Assembly (NCBI GenBank): GCA_963804645.1
Contig: CAWDRG010000011.1
Coordinates: 160,001-224,000, forward strand
DNA length: 64,000 nt
Direction of reading: 5' to 3'
Source: an uncultured Bacillota bacterium
GTDB taxonomy: Bacteria > Sysuimicrobiota > Sysuimicrobiia > Sysuimicrobiales > Segetimicrobiaceae
Part shown: piece by piece, positions 41,609 through 50,788 of the stretch
How the letters are laid out: every line of letters begins with the position of its first letter
How positions within the stretch are numbered: the stretch's first letter is position 1
Translations under genes and position numbers: made by a program
Notes under the pieces: model-generated
Databases searched by the model: none
What the model was told of the DNA's origin: nothing
Seen by the model: only the letters and a program-made list of their open reading frames with translations

Positions 41609-42027
41609 TTTGCGGCCAGCGCCCGCGCGACGGCCCGCGGGAGGCGGTCCGGCAAATACGTTCGGGACCCGATGGCACGCCGCGCGCGCGGGCCCTATCA
41701 TGTTGATGGAGCGCACGCGGCAACGTGCCGAGTCAAACGCCGCGATCGGGGAGACCGAAAGTCGGTTACGCGCACATCGGACAAGCCGCCCCCACGGAGA
41801 CGTGGTGGGGTCCGGAGAGCGCCAGCCGACGGTAGGCCCTGCGGTCGCGACCGAAGACGGCACCGGCTGCACGACAAGTGCGCTCCTCAATATTTGTGGC
41901 GGGCGCGGCGGGAGGCGCATCGCCGCGGGGACCACCCTCCGTCTGGACCGTCCCTCCGGCGCAGTCTGCGTGCGGAGCCGAAGCGAGCACCGGGGCCCGT
42001 CGGTCGGCGCCGCAGACGAAGATAGAG

Positions 42028-42056
42028 TGGATTCGCGGCCGAAAGCAGGCTACACT
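42028..42056 (+). promoter_or_regulatory. Possible sigma70 promoter of the small basic ORF
   Basis: TGGATT-N17-TACACT. Confidence 0.45.
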
Positions 42057-42106
42057 GGGACAGCACTGCGTACCGACGTCGATCGCAGATCAGAGGGGGC
42101 GTGTCT

Positions 42107-42232
42107 GTGAACCGGGTCCGACGGGTCAAGAGAAAGAAACATACCGGCAAGGCGCGCCGCAGGAAGCTGCTGACGGAACGTCGTCGCGCCGCGGCACTCT
42201 CCGCCATTCTCAAGCCGAGTGCCGCCAAGTAG
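42107..42232 (+). CDS. 41-aa highly basic microprotein (not in ORF track)
   Basis: GTG...TAG giving MNRVRRVKRKKHTGKARRRKLLTERRRAAALSAILKPSAAK; GAGGGGG RBS and promoter upstream. Confidence 0.55.
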   Translation: MNRVRRVKRKKHTGKARRRKLLTERRRAAALSAILKPSAAK

Positions 42233-42351
42233 GACTCCCGGGAATCGCGCGTTCCAGCCAGCCAGGGGATAGCGGGCCAGCGGGGTGACCGGGAGTACTC
42301 AACGCGCCGCCCGGCGGTCAGCCTGGCGGACGCCGGAACGCGTGAGGACGA

Positions 42352-43290
42352 ATGGGCGTGTCATTCGTACTCCAACACGACGAAACGATTCCACAAGGCG
42401 TTCGGCGGATCGTCCGCGGGTGCATCGACGACGCCTTGGAGCGGCTCACCGGCAACGGGGGCGTGGTGAGCGATGCCGCCGTGCACGAGGCGCGAAAGCG
42501 GTTTAAAGAGATCCGTGGGGTATTGCGCCTCGTCCGCGGCGAGTTGGGGCGTCCAGTATTTCGGCGGGAAAACCGTGTCGTTCGGGATGCAGCCCGTCCG
42601 CTGTCGGCGGTGCGGGACGCGGCGGTCCTGGTGGACAGCCTCGATCGCCTGATTGAGCAGTCCGCTGGACGCGTGACGCCAGACCAACTCGCGCCGCTCA
42701 GACAGATGCTCGTCGAACGTCAGCGCGCCGTACGCGAGCAGGTGATGGCAGGCGATCGGCCGGTGTCCGAGGTCGTCCGGCGCCTCGAACAGGCCAAGAC
42801 GCGTGTCGCCCGCTGGCCGCTCCGCCGGCGCGGCTGGAGTGCGATCAAAGACGGACTGCGCACCGTCTATGCGCAGGGCCGACGGGCCATGCGCGACGCT
42901 CGGGCCGGGATCTCCGACGAGGCGCTGCACGAATGGCGCAAGCGCGCCAAGGACCTGCGGTACGCCCTCGAACTGCTTCAGTCCATGGGGCCCGAGACGG
43001 TCGCACGCCTGGCCGGGCGCGCCCACCGGCTCACGGACCTGCTCGGGGACGATCACGACCTGGCCGTCCTGCAGACGATCGCGCGGGACGCTTCCGCGGG
43101 CGGCGCGGGTGACGAATACGCCCTGCTCGCGCCGCTCATCGCGGAGCGGAGAGAGACGCTGCAGCGCGACGCGATCGCGCTCGGAGACACGCTGTACGAA
43201 GAACGCCCGCGGGACTTTGTCCGCCGGTTGCAAGGCTATTGGAAGCTCACGCGACAGGCGCACGAGCCGGCGGCACCGGCTCGCGCGTAA
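42352..43290 (+). CDS. CHAD-domain protein (polyphosphate-binding family)
   Basis: VHEARKRFK, VRDAAV, LHEWRKRAKDLRY and LLGDDHDL. Confidence 0.92.
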   Translation: MGVSFVLQHDETIPQGVRRIVRGCIDDALERLTGNGGVVSDAAVHEARKRFKEIRGVLRLVRGELGRPVFRRENRVVRDAARPLSAVRDAAVLVDSLDRLIEQSAGRVTPDQLAPLRQMLVERQRAVREQVMAGDRPVSEVVRRLEQAKTRVARWPLRRRGWSAIKDGLRTVYAQGRRAMRDARAGISDEALHEWRKRAKDLRYALELLQSMGPETVARLAGRAHRLTDLLGDDHDLAVLQTIARDASAGGAGDEYALLAPLIAERRETLQRDAIALGDTLYEERPRDFVRRLQGYWKLTRQAHEPAAPARA

Positions 43291-43351
43291 CCGTTGAATT
43301 CCGGCCGCGTCCGACGGCGGGTCGGCGCCCGCGCCGCGGCCCGACGGCCGG

Positions 43352-43789
43352 CTACCGGACGACCAGCACCGGGACCCCGGCACCGTGCAGCACGCGTTCG
43401 CTCACGCTGCCGAGGATCAGTCCCCCGAGCTGCCCCAGCCCGCGGCAGCCGATCACGATCATGTCGGCCGGCATCTCCGCGGCCGTCTTCACGATAAGCG
43501 CCGATGGATCCCCGTTGCGATAGAGACGCGTGATCGGGACGTCCACGCCGGCGAACTCCTGGGCCGTGGTGTCGAGGATCATCTGCCCGGCACGCGCGAG
43601 CCCTTCCTCGAGAGTGTTGAAGTCGACCATCGTTTCGGGCCCGGCCCCACCGTAGGCGATCGCCGGGACGTGGCCGACGTTGATTAGGGTGATCTCGACT
43701 GGGCGCAGTTCCCGGGCGAGTCGGGCCGCGAGAGCCGCGGCGCGAAGCGCGTGCGGAGAGCCGTCAGTCGCGACGAGTAGACGCATCAC
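43352..43789 (-). CDS. Universal stress protein (ATP-binding type)
   Basis: LVATDGS and IGCRGLG...ILGSVSERVL...PVLVV. Confidence 0.94.
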   Translation of the reverse strand: MMRLLVATDGSPHALRAAALAARLARELRPVEITLINVGHVPAIAYGGAGPETMVDFNTLEEGLARAGQMILDTTAQEFAGVDVPITRLYRNGDPSALIVKTAAEMPADMIVIGCRGLGQLGGLILGSVSERVLHGAGVPVLVVR

Positions 43790-43904
43790 CCACCTCCTTT
43801 CACACCGCCGAACCGGACACGGTCAGTACGTCCGGAAAGGTCCCACCTGCCGCCGAGCCACTTCGCTTCCACCTCTAAGGTACCATCGGGCGCCTCGGCG
43901 AGGC

Positions 43905-43922
43905 ATCGGTCGCGCAGATGAT
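43905..43922 (-). promoter_or_regulatory. Motif site upstream of USP
   Basis: ATCAT CTGCGCGA CCGAT, 22 bp, then TACCTT (43877-43882). Confidence 0.6.
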
Positions 43923-43947
43923 TTGTCCCGCGCCGCCGCCGTCCAGG

Positions 43948-43965
43948 ATCGGCCCTGGGCCCGAT
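43948..43965 (+). promoter_or_regulatory. Motif site upstream of CBS-BON gene
   Basis: ATCGG CCCTGGGC CCGAT, 23 bp, then TATCCT (43989-43994). Confidence 0.72.
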
Positions 43966-44039
43966 GGCGCGCGGCGGCGGCCCCGCAGTATCCTAGAGTT
44001 AGTGCACGAGCAGGCACGTGGATTCGAGGAGGCGCGCCC

Positions 44040-44708
44040 ATGCATGCGCGAGAGATGATGAGTACGCCGGTCATCACCGTCCGCCCAGAAGCCCCGCTCA
44101 AGGAGGTCGCCGCGCTGATGATCGCGCGGGGAGTCAGCGGCGTTCCGGTCGTCGACCGGGACGGACGTCCCCTCGGCATGATCTCCGAATCGGACTTCCT
44201 CGCGCGCGAGGAAGTCGGACAGTACACCGGCGTCTTCACCCGCCTCGCCGAGACCTTCGGGGCGGGCGCAAAGGTCCACGGGCGCACGGCGGCGGACCTG
44301 ATGACCAGTCCGATGATCACGGCGGGCCCCGACACGACGGCGCGCGAGTTGGGACACCTGATGGCCGCCAACGCCATCAACCGCGTGCCCATTGTCGAGG
44401 ACGGACGCATCGTCGGTATCGTCACCCGGGCCGACGTGCTCCGGACGCTGATCCGTCCGGACGAGGCGATCACCGCCGAGATCCGGTGGCGGTTCGAGCA
44501 CGAGCTGTGGATCAACCCGGATGACCTCCGCGTCGAGACGCGGAGTGGGGTCGTCACGCTGGCCGGCACCGTCGAGACGCGCGCGGACGCGGAGCTCTCA
44601 AAGCGCTGGGCGCGCGCCGTCGACGGGGTGGTGGACGTCGACGCGCAGGGCCTCCGGTACGAAGTCGACGATCGTCGGATCCGGGCCACCACCGACCACG
44701 CTCGCTAG
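44040..44708 (+). CDS. CBS-pair + BON-domain protein
   Basis: VSGVPVVD and IVGIVTRADVL, then BON (V...GVVTLAG.V...VDGVVDV); GAGGAGG RBS. Confidence 0.9.
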   Translation: MHAREMMSTPVITVRPEAPLKEVAALMIARGVSGVPVVDRDGRPLGMISESDFLAREEVGQYTGVFTRLAETFGAGAKVHGRTAADLMTSPMITAGPDTTARELGHLMAANAINRVPIVEDGRIVGIVTRADVLRTLIRPDEAITAEIRWRFEHELWINPDDLRVETRSGVVTLAGTVETRADAELSKRWARAVDGVVDVDAQGLRYEVDDRRIRATTDHAR

Positions 44709-44858
44709 GGTCTGGCACGAACGCCGCGCTCACGGGGCACGCGCAGCCCGTGAGCGCGCTGATCCCGGGAGATGTCAGCGCACCGTCCGCGCGTCCCGGT
44801 CGTCGCCCAGGGGGACGCCAGGCCCGTCATGGCGGCAGCCCCGCCGGGCGAGCGATGA

Positions 44859-45989
44859 TTAGTCGACGCGCTTCTGGAAGCGGCTGATCGCCGCGGCAAA
44901 GACCACGATGCCGATGACCATCATCGGCACGATCTGACGCCACAGGTCCGGGAACCCGACTCCCTTGATCATAATGCCGCGGATGATCGTCACAAAGTAC
45001 GTGAGCGGCATGATGCTGCCGAGAATCTGCAGCGCCCGAGGCAGCGACTCACGCGGGAAGATGAATCCCGACAGCAGGATGCCGGGCAGGAGAATCAGCT
45101 GCGTCATCTGCGCGGCCTGCTGAAACGTCTTCGACACCGTGGAGACCAGCGCGCCGATCCCCAGCGTGCTGAAGAAGAACACCAGCGACATGGCGTACAA
45201 CAACAAGAGGCTCCCCTTGATCGGCACGTGAAACCACGCGCTCGCCAGAAACAGCGTCAGGGTGATCTGCACGTATCCGAGGCCGACGAGCGGGATCACC
45301 TTGCCGAGCATCAGCTCCAGCGCGGTGATCGGGGTCACCACCAACTGCTCCATCGTCCCCAGCTCGCGCTCACGCACGATCACGATGATCGCCTGGAACG
45401 TCGTGACAAACATCAGCACAATCGCGATCGTGCCCGGCACGAGAAAATTGACGTTCTCGAGGGTCGGGTTATACCAGGCGCGCGCCCGCACGTCGATCGG
45501 CAGCGCACTCGGCGCCCCTCCCGTCAGCCGCTGCGTCTGCTGGATCACGAGCTGCGTCGACAGCTCCTGGCCGATCTCGGACGCGATGCCGAGCACCGTG
45601 CGCGCCGACGTCGGCTCGGACGCGTCGACGATCACCTCCACCTGCGCGGTACGCCCGCTGCGGAGGCGCGACGCGTAGTCCGGCGGGATCCAGATCCCGA
45701 TCTTCGCCTGGCCGCCGTCGATCAGCCGACGCACTTGGTCGAACGTGCTCGTGTAGTAGTCGAGGTCGACGTAGGTGGTGTTCGTGAACGCGTTGAGCAG
45801 TGTCCGGCTCTCCAGGGTGTGGGACTCGTCGAAGACCGCGGTGGCGATGTGGGTGATGTCGTTGCTCAGATACCCGTACAGCATCAACTGGACGATCGGC
45901 AGCGTGATGACCGAGATCAGCGTCCGCCGATCCCGCAGAATCTGGATGACCTCCTTGCGGATGACCGCAAACAGGCGACGACGATTCAC
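44859..45989 (-). CDS. ABC-2 type exporter permease (YbhS/YbhR-like)
   Basis: RKEVIQILRDRRT, WYNP, VRERELGTMEQL and LSGFIFP. Confidence 0.94.
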   Translation of the reverse strand: MNRRRLFAVIRKEVIQILRDRRTLISVITLPIVQLMLYGYLSNDITHIATAVFDESHTLESRTLLNAFTNTTYVDLDYYTSTFDQVRRLIDGGQAKIGIWIPPDYASRLRSGRTAQVEVIVDASEPTSARTVLGIASEIGQELSTQLVIQQTQRLTGGAPSALPIDVRARAWYNPTLENVNFLVPGTIAIVLMFVTTFQAIIVIVRERELGTMEQLVVTPITALELMLGKVIPLVGLGYVQITLTLFLASAWFHVPIKGSLLLLYAMSLVFFFSTLGIGALVSTVSKTFQQAAQMTQLILLPGILLSGFIFPRESLPRALQILGSIMPLTYFVTIIRGIMIKGVGFPDLWRQIVPMMVIGIVVFAAAISRFQKRVD

Positions 45990-46957
45990 GGACGACCCTC
46001 CGCGGGCGCCTGCGGCGTCCCGGCGCCGGGCCGCTCGACAAGGGACACGAACGCGTCCTCAAGGGACGGGGCCACCGGGCGGACCGTGTCGACCAGCACG
46101 CCCCGGTCCGCCAAGGCCTTCCGGATCGCCGGGATCGCCGTGTCCGGGTCCTGCACCGTGACGTGAATGGCCCGCCCGAAGAGGGCCGCCTCATGCACCT
46201 CCGGGACCTGCGACAGCGCGTCGAGCGCCATCCCGTACTGCGCGGTCATGATCTCGAACAGCGCGCCCGACATCTCGCGACGCTCGATCTCGTCCGGCGT
46301 GCCCATGGCGATGATCCGACCGCCGAAGATGAACGCGAGCGTATCGCAGTGTTCTGCTTCATCCATATAGTGCGTCGTGACCATCACCGTCACCCCGTCC
46401 TCGGCGAACTGGCCAATGAGGTCCCAAAACTCCCTCCGGCTGACCGGGTCGACGCCGCTGGTGGGCTCATCGAGAAAGACCATGCGCGGGCGGTGCAGCA
46501 CGGCGCACCCCAGCGCCAGGCGCTGCTTCCATCCGCCCGACAGCGTCCCGGCCAGCGCGCGCTCGCGGCCCCGCAGATCGGCTCGGGCGATCCACTCGGC
46601 CGACCGGTCGCGCGCCTCGGGTCGCGATAGTCCGTACACCCCCGCGAAAAACGCCAGATTCTCTTCGACCGTCAGGTCGTCGTACAGGCTGAACCGCTGG
46701 GACATGTAGCCGATCCGCGCTTTGATCGCCTCCGGATCGCGCGCCACGTCGTAGCCGAGGACGTCCGCGCCGCCCGCAGTCGGGCTGAGGATGCCGCACA
46801 GCATCCGAATTGTGGTCGACTTGCCCGCCCCGTTCGGCCCGAGGAAGCCCCATACCGCACCGGAGGGGATCTCGAAGTTGAGATGGTCGACCGCCACGAA
46901 CGCCCCGAAGGTCCGCGTCAGGTCGCGGGCCCGGACCGCGGCCGGCCGGTCAGACAC
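45986..46957 (-). CDS. ABC transporter ATP-binding protein
   Basis: GPNGAGKST, LSGGWKQRL, LDEPTSGVDP and TTHYMDEAE. Confidence 0.94.
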   Translation of the reverse strand: MSDRPAAVRARDLTRTFGAFVAVDHLNFEIPSGAVWGFLGPNGAGKSTTIRMLCGILSPTAGGADVLGYDVARDPEAIKARIGYMSQRFSLYDDLTVEENLAFFAGVYGLSRPEARDRSAEWIARADLRGRERALAGTLSGGWKQRLALGCAVLHRPRMVFLDEPTSGVDPVSRREFWDLIGQFAEDGVTVMVTTHYMDEAEHCDTLAFIFGGRIIAMGTPDEIERREMSGALFEIMTAQYGMALDALSQVPEVHEAALFGRAIHVTVQDPDTAIPAIRKALADRGVLVDTVRPVAPSLEDAFVSLVERPGAGTPQAPAEGRP

Positions 46958-47909
46958 GGGGGGTGCCTCCGGACGCGGTGCGCCGCTCCACAATCTCGGA
47001 GACAAAGACATCTTCGAGGGACGGCGCAATCTGCACGGCGTCCCGCACCGTGACGCCGCCCGCGGACAGCCTCGCGGTGAGCGCGGCGATCGCCGCCTGC
47101 GCGTCCCCGACGACAATGTGGAAGCGATCGCCGATCACGGTCTCCGAGAGGATCTCGGGGGAGCGCTGGATGATTCGGCGCGCGGCCGCCCTCGGCTCGG
47201 CCACGAACTCGACGACATCGCCGCGCATGCGCTGCTTCATGACGGCCGGATCTGCGACGGAAATCAACTCGCCGGTGTGCAGCAGCCCCACGGTGGTGCA
47301 CCGATCCGCCTCGTCCATGTACGTCGTGCTGGCCAGGATCGTCACGCCGCCGCGGTTCAGGTCGTAGAGAATGCGCCAGAACTCGCGCCGCGACACCGGG
47401 TCGACCCCGGCGGTGGGCTCGTCGAGGAGCAGCACGCTCGGTTCGTGGATCAGCGTGCACGTGAGCGCCAGCTTCTGCTTCATGCCGCCCGAGAGCTGCG
47501 CGCCGAGCCGGTCTCGAAACGCAGCCAGCCCGCTGAACTCGAACAGCCGCCGGCTCCGTTCCTCGCGCACGTCCGGGGGCACGCCGAAGAGGTCCGCATA
47601 GAAGTTCAGGTTCTCCTGCACCGTCAGATCGCCGTACAGGCTGAACCGCTGGGGCATGTACCCCAGGCGCTCGCGCACGCGGTCCGGCTGTCGCCCGAGG
47701 TCGATCCCCTCGATCGTCACGGCACCCGCGTCGGCCGCGATCGCGCCGCAGAGCAGTCGCAGCGTCGTGGTCTTGCCCGCCCCGTCCGGCCCCAGCAGCG
47801 CGAAGATCTCGCCCCGCGGAACCTGAAACGACAGATGCTTTACGGCGACCGTCGCGCCGAATCGGCGGGTCAGCCCCTCGACGATGATCGCGGGCCGCTC
47901 CTGCGCCAT
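46950..47909 (-). CDS. ABC transporter ATP-binding protein
   Basis: GPDGAGKTT, LSGGMKQKL and LDEPTAGVDP; H-loop is STTYMDEA. The track ORF's 5' extension is spurious. Confidence 0.94.
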   Translation of the reverse strand: MAQERPAIIVEGLTRRFGATVAVKHLSFQVPRGEIFALLGPDGAGKTTTLRLLCGAIAADAGAVTIEGIDLGRQPDRVRERLGYMPQRFSLYGDLTVQENLNFYADLFGVPPDVREERSRRLFEFSGLAAFRDRLGAQLSGGMKQKLALTCTLIHEPSVLLLDEPTAGVDPVSRREFWRILYDLNRGGVTILASTTYMDEADRCTTVGLLHTGELISVADPAVMKQRMRGDVVEFVAEPRAAARRIIQRSPEILSETVIGDRFHIVVGDAQAAIAALTARLSAGGVTVRDAVQIAPSLEDVFVSEIVERRTASGGTPRV

Positions 47910-49219
47910 CACCGCGGCGTCCGATCGTGTTCCGTCCCGACCAAGATCTCCGCGTCGGCCGGCATACCGGGTTTCAGGCTCAACTCGTCGTTGGTGAGCT
48001 GGATCTTGACCGAAAACACGAGTTTGACGCGGTCGCCGACCGTCTGAACGTTGACGGGCGTGAACTCGCCCTTGCTGCTGATCTCGACGACGCGCCCCTC
48101 GAAGATCCGGTTCGGGAAGCTGTCGATGCTGACCCGCGCACCCTGCCCCACCTTGACCTCCGCGATCTGATCCTCCGGGACATACGCCCGCAGCCAGATA
48201 TCGTGCAGGTCGACCAGCGTGAAGAGGGGCGTCCCGGCCGCCACCACCTCGCCCACCTCGACGTACTTCGTCTGGACCACCGCCGCGCGCGGCGAGACAA
48301 CAACGTTGTGGCCCGCGATCACCTGCAGGTAGGTCAGATTGGCTCGGGCCTGTGCGAGCGCGGCCTGGGCGGCGGCCAGATCCTGCCGCCGCTGCGCGAT
48401 GACCGTGTAGCCCGCCTGCGCGTTTGCGAGGCCCGCGTGCGCCGCCGCTACCCCCGCGTGCGCCGCCGTCACCGCCTGCGTCTGGATCTCCACCTGCCGC
48501 AGATTCGTCCGCGCCGACGCGACGTTCGCCTGTGCCTGTGTCACCGCGTCCCCCGCGCTCCGCCGCTGCGCCACCGCCGCGTCGTATGCCGCCTGAACCG
48601 CGTCCACCTCGTCCGCCGAGACCGCGCCCTGCGCAAACAGCATCTTCTCCCGCCCCAGGTTGTTCCGCGCCGTCACGAGCGCCGACTCCGCGCCCCCCAC
48701 CTGCGCCTCCGCCGACGCCGCCTGCGCCGTGGCCGACGCCACCGCGTCCCGCAGCGTCCGCTCCGCAATCGCCAGCTGCGTCTCCGTCTGCGGCACGCCC
48801 GTCCCGGCCGTCGTCACCTGCGCCTGCGCCGCCCCCACCTGCGCCCCCGTCACCTGCTCCTGCGCCGCCACCGCCCGCTCCGCGTCCCCCACCTGCGCCG
48901 CCGCCTGCTGCACCGCCGCCTGGGCCGCCGCCACCTGCGCCGCCGCTTCCTGGGGCTCCAGCTCCGCCACGACCTCCCCCGCCTTCACCGTGTCCCCCTC
49001 GTCGACGGTCAAGCGGATGATCTGGCCGGCGACCTTGGGGCTCACGTCGACCTCGGTGGCCTGGATCGACCCGGACGCGAACAGACGACCGGCTTCCGCA
49101 CGCTGCTCGTACAGCCGCCATCCCGCCCAGGCCAGAAGACCCAGTGCCAACGCGACCAACGCGATCGTGAGGAGGATCCGGCCCCGTGGTGCGCGGCGCG
49201 CGGGCGCGTCGGCGGCCAT
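47909..49219 (-). CDS. HlyD-family periplasmic adaptor, copy A
   Basis: TM anchor, SGSIQATEV, EGDTVKAGEVVA lipoyl half, long Ala/Gln hairpin and EFTPVNVQT...LKPGMPA. Confidence 0.92.
   Translation of the reverse strand: MAADAPARRAPRGRILLTIALVALALGLLAWAGWRLYEQRAEAGRLFASGSIQATEVDVSPKVAGQIIRLTVDEGDTVKAGEVVAELEPQEAAAQVAAAQAAVQQAAAQVGDAERAVAAQEQVTGAQVGAAQAQVTTAGTGVPQTETQLAIAERTLRDAVASATAQAASAEAQVGGAESALVTARNNLGREKMLFAQGAVSADEVDAVQAAYDAAVAQRRSAGDAVTQAQANVASARTNLRQVEIQTQAVTAAHAGVAAAHAGLANAQAGYTVIAQRRQDLAAAQAALAQARANLTYLQVIAGHNVVVSPRAAVVQTKYVEVGEVVAAGTPLFTLVDLHDIWLRAYVPEDQIAEVKVGQGARVSIDSFPNRIFEGRVVEISSKGEFTPVNVQTVGDRVKLVFSVKIQLTNDELSLKPGMPADAEILVGTEHDRTPR
48568..49000. repeat. 433-bp exact direct repeat, copy 1 (inside HlyD A)
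   Basis: Identical, by line-by-line comparison, to 49878..50310 (offset 1310). Confidence 0.92.
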
Positions 49220-50505
49220 CAGCGCGCCACCCCGGCCCGTGTCGCATCGGCGAGGAGCACGACGTGCGCCTGCGTGCCCGGCCGAAGGAGCTGGTCGGGC
49301 GTGTCGATGCGAATTTTCACGCCGAACATCAGCTTCACACGATCCTCTTTGGTCTGCACGCTGACGCTCGTGAACTCCGGCTGATCGTTGATCTGCACGA
49401 TGCGGCCCGCAAACGTCCGCGAGGGCTGCGCATCGAGCGTGACCCGCGCGCGCTGTCCGAGCGTCACGCGCCCGATCTCGTTCTCGCTCAGATAGATGCG
49501 GATCCAGATGTCCGACGTGTTCAGCATCGTGTAGAGGGCCAGCCCCGCGGGGACCACTTCACCCACTTCGACGTTCTGCGTTTGAATCACACCGTCGCGG
49601 GGCGCCAACACGTCGTCGTGGCCCGCGATCAGCTCAGCGTAGCGAAGGGAGCTTCCCGCGCGCGCCAGCGCGGCTTGGGCGGCGGCCAGCTCCTGCCGCC
49701 GCTGCGCGATCAGCGTGTAGCCCGCCTGCGCGTTCGCGAGGCCCGCGTGCGCCGCCGCCACCCCCGCGTGCGCCGCCTCTACCGCCTTCTCCTGGATCTG
49801 CACCTGCATCAAGTTCGCCCGCGCCGACGCCAGGGCCGCCTCCGCCTGCGTCACCGCGTCCCCCGCGCTCCGCCGCCGCGCCACCGCCGCGTCGTATGCC
49901 GCCTGAACCGCGTCCACCTCGTCCGCCGAGACCGCGCCCTGCGCAAACAGCATCTTCTCCCGCCCCAGGTTGTTCCGCGCCGTCACGAGCGCCGACTCCG
50001 CGCCCCCCACCTGCGCCTCCGCCGACGCCGCCTGCGCCGTGGCCGACGCCACCGCGTCCCGCAGCGTCCGCTCCGCAATCGCCAGCTGCGTCTCCGTCTG
50101 CGGCACGCCCGTCCCGGCCGTCGTCACCTGCGCCTGCGCCGCCCCCACCTGCGCCCCCGTCACCTGCTCCTGCGCCGCCACCGCCCGCTCCGCGTCCCCC
50201 ACCTGCGCCGCCGCCTGCTGCACCGCCGCCTGGGCCGCCGCCACCTGCGCCGCCGCTTCCTGGGGCTCCAGCTCCGCCACGACCTCCCCCGCCTTCACCG
50301 TGTCCCCCTCACGCGCCAGCAACCGCAGCACACGGCCCGGCAGGTAGGCCGTCAGACCGACGGGCGTCGCTTCAATAGTGCCCGCGCCGCCGATCGGACC
50401 GGGGGGCGCAGATTGCGCGTACACCCACCATCCGACGGCCGCGACGACGACGAGCGCGGCCGCGATGCGCGCACCCACCCCAGGGCGGCGTGGTGCTGAC
50501 CCCAT
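49219..50505 (-). CDS. HlyD-family periplasmic adaptor, copy B
   Basis: TM anchor, GTIEAT, the same hairpin as copy A, EFTSVSVQT...LRPG. Confidence 0.92.
   Translation of the reverse strand: MGSAPRRPGVGARIAAALVVVAAVGWWVYAQSAPPGPIGGAGTIEATPVGLTAYLPGRVLRLLAREGDTVKAGEVVAELEPQEAAAQVAAAQAAVQQAAAQVGDAERAVAAQEQVTGAQVGAAQAQVTTAGTGVPQTETQLAIAERTLRDAVASATAQAASAEAQVGGAESALVTARNNLGREKMLFAQGAVSADEVDAVQAAYDAAVARRRSAGDAVTQAEAALASARANLMQVQIQEKAVEAAHAGVAAAHAGLANAQAGYTLIAQRRQELAAAQAALARAGSSLRYAELIAGHDDVLAPRDGVIQTQNVEVGEVVPAGLALYTMLNTSDIWIRIYLSENEIGRVTLGQRARVTLDAQPSRTFAGRIVQINDQPEFTSVSVQTKEDRVKLMFGVKIRIDTPDQLLRPGTQAHVVLLADATRAGVAR
49878..50310. repeat. 433-bp exact direct repeat, copy 2 (inside HlyD B)
   Basis: Identical to 48568..49000. 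Confidence 0.92.
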
Positions 50506-50572
50506 CGAACAACGCCTCCGTTTCCGCGGCTCACCGCCGGTGCTACCGTACCAAGCCCGACGCGCCCGAGCC

Positions 50573-50590
50573 ATCGGGCCGACAGCCGAT
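50573..50590 (-). promoter_or_regulatory. Motif site upstream of the HlyD/ABC operon
   Basis: ATCGG CTGTCGGC CCGAT, 22 bp, then TACGGT (50545-50550). Confidence 0.75.
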
Positions 50591-50711
50591 CCCGACCTCC
50601 AGGGGAGCGCGGACTCATGCCGTATTTGCCGCGCTTTGGGTACTTCTGCGCTGGCGGTACAAGTACCGTCTCGGGAGGCCCCGCATGCCGGCGGACGCCG
50701 GCTCGATGAAA

Positions 50712-50729
50712 GTCATGCCTCCGCCCGAT
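50712..50729 (+). promoter_or_regulatory. Degenerate motif site upstream of second CBS-BON gene
   Basis: GTCAT GCCTCCGC CCGAT, 22 bp, then CACACT (50752-50757, preceded by TGn). Confidence 0.5.
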
Positions 50730-50788
50730 GGCTCCCGCGGCCGATCGATGCCACACTGGACAGGGATAGACGTTCAGGAGGTCGGGCA

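Noticed and set aside
41489..42100. Moco, glycine or c-di-GMP riboswitch upstream of the molybdoenzymes
   Set aside because: Only fragments match (GCCTCCCG; GGAGAG...CCGAAG). Diagnostic 3' elements are missing, and the region is upstream of the predicted promoter.
48424..50378. Two near-identical Pro-rich ORFs on +
   Set aside because: They are readouts of the C-rich antisense strand of the HlyD repeat.
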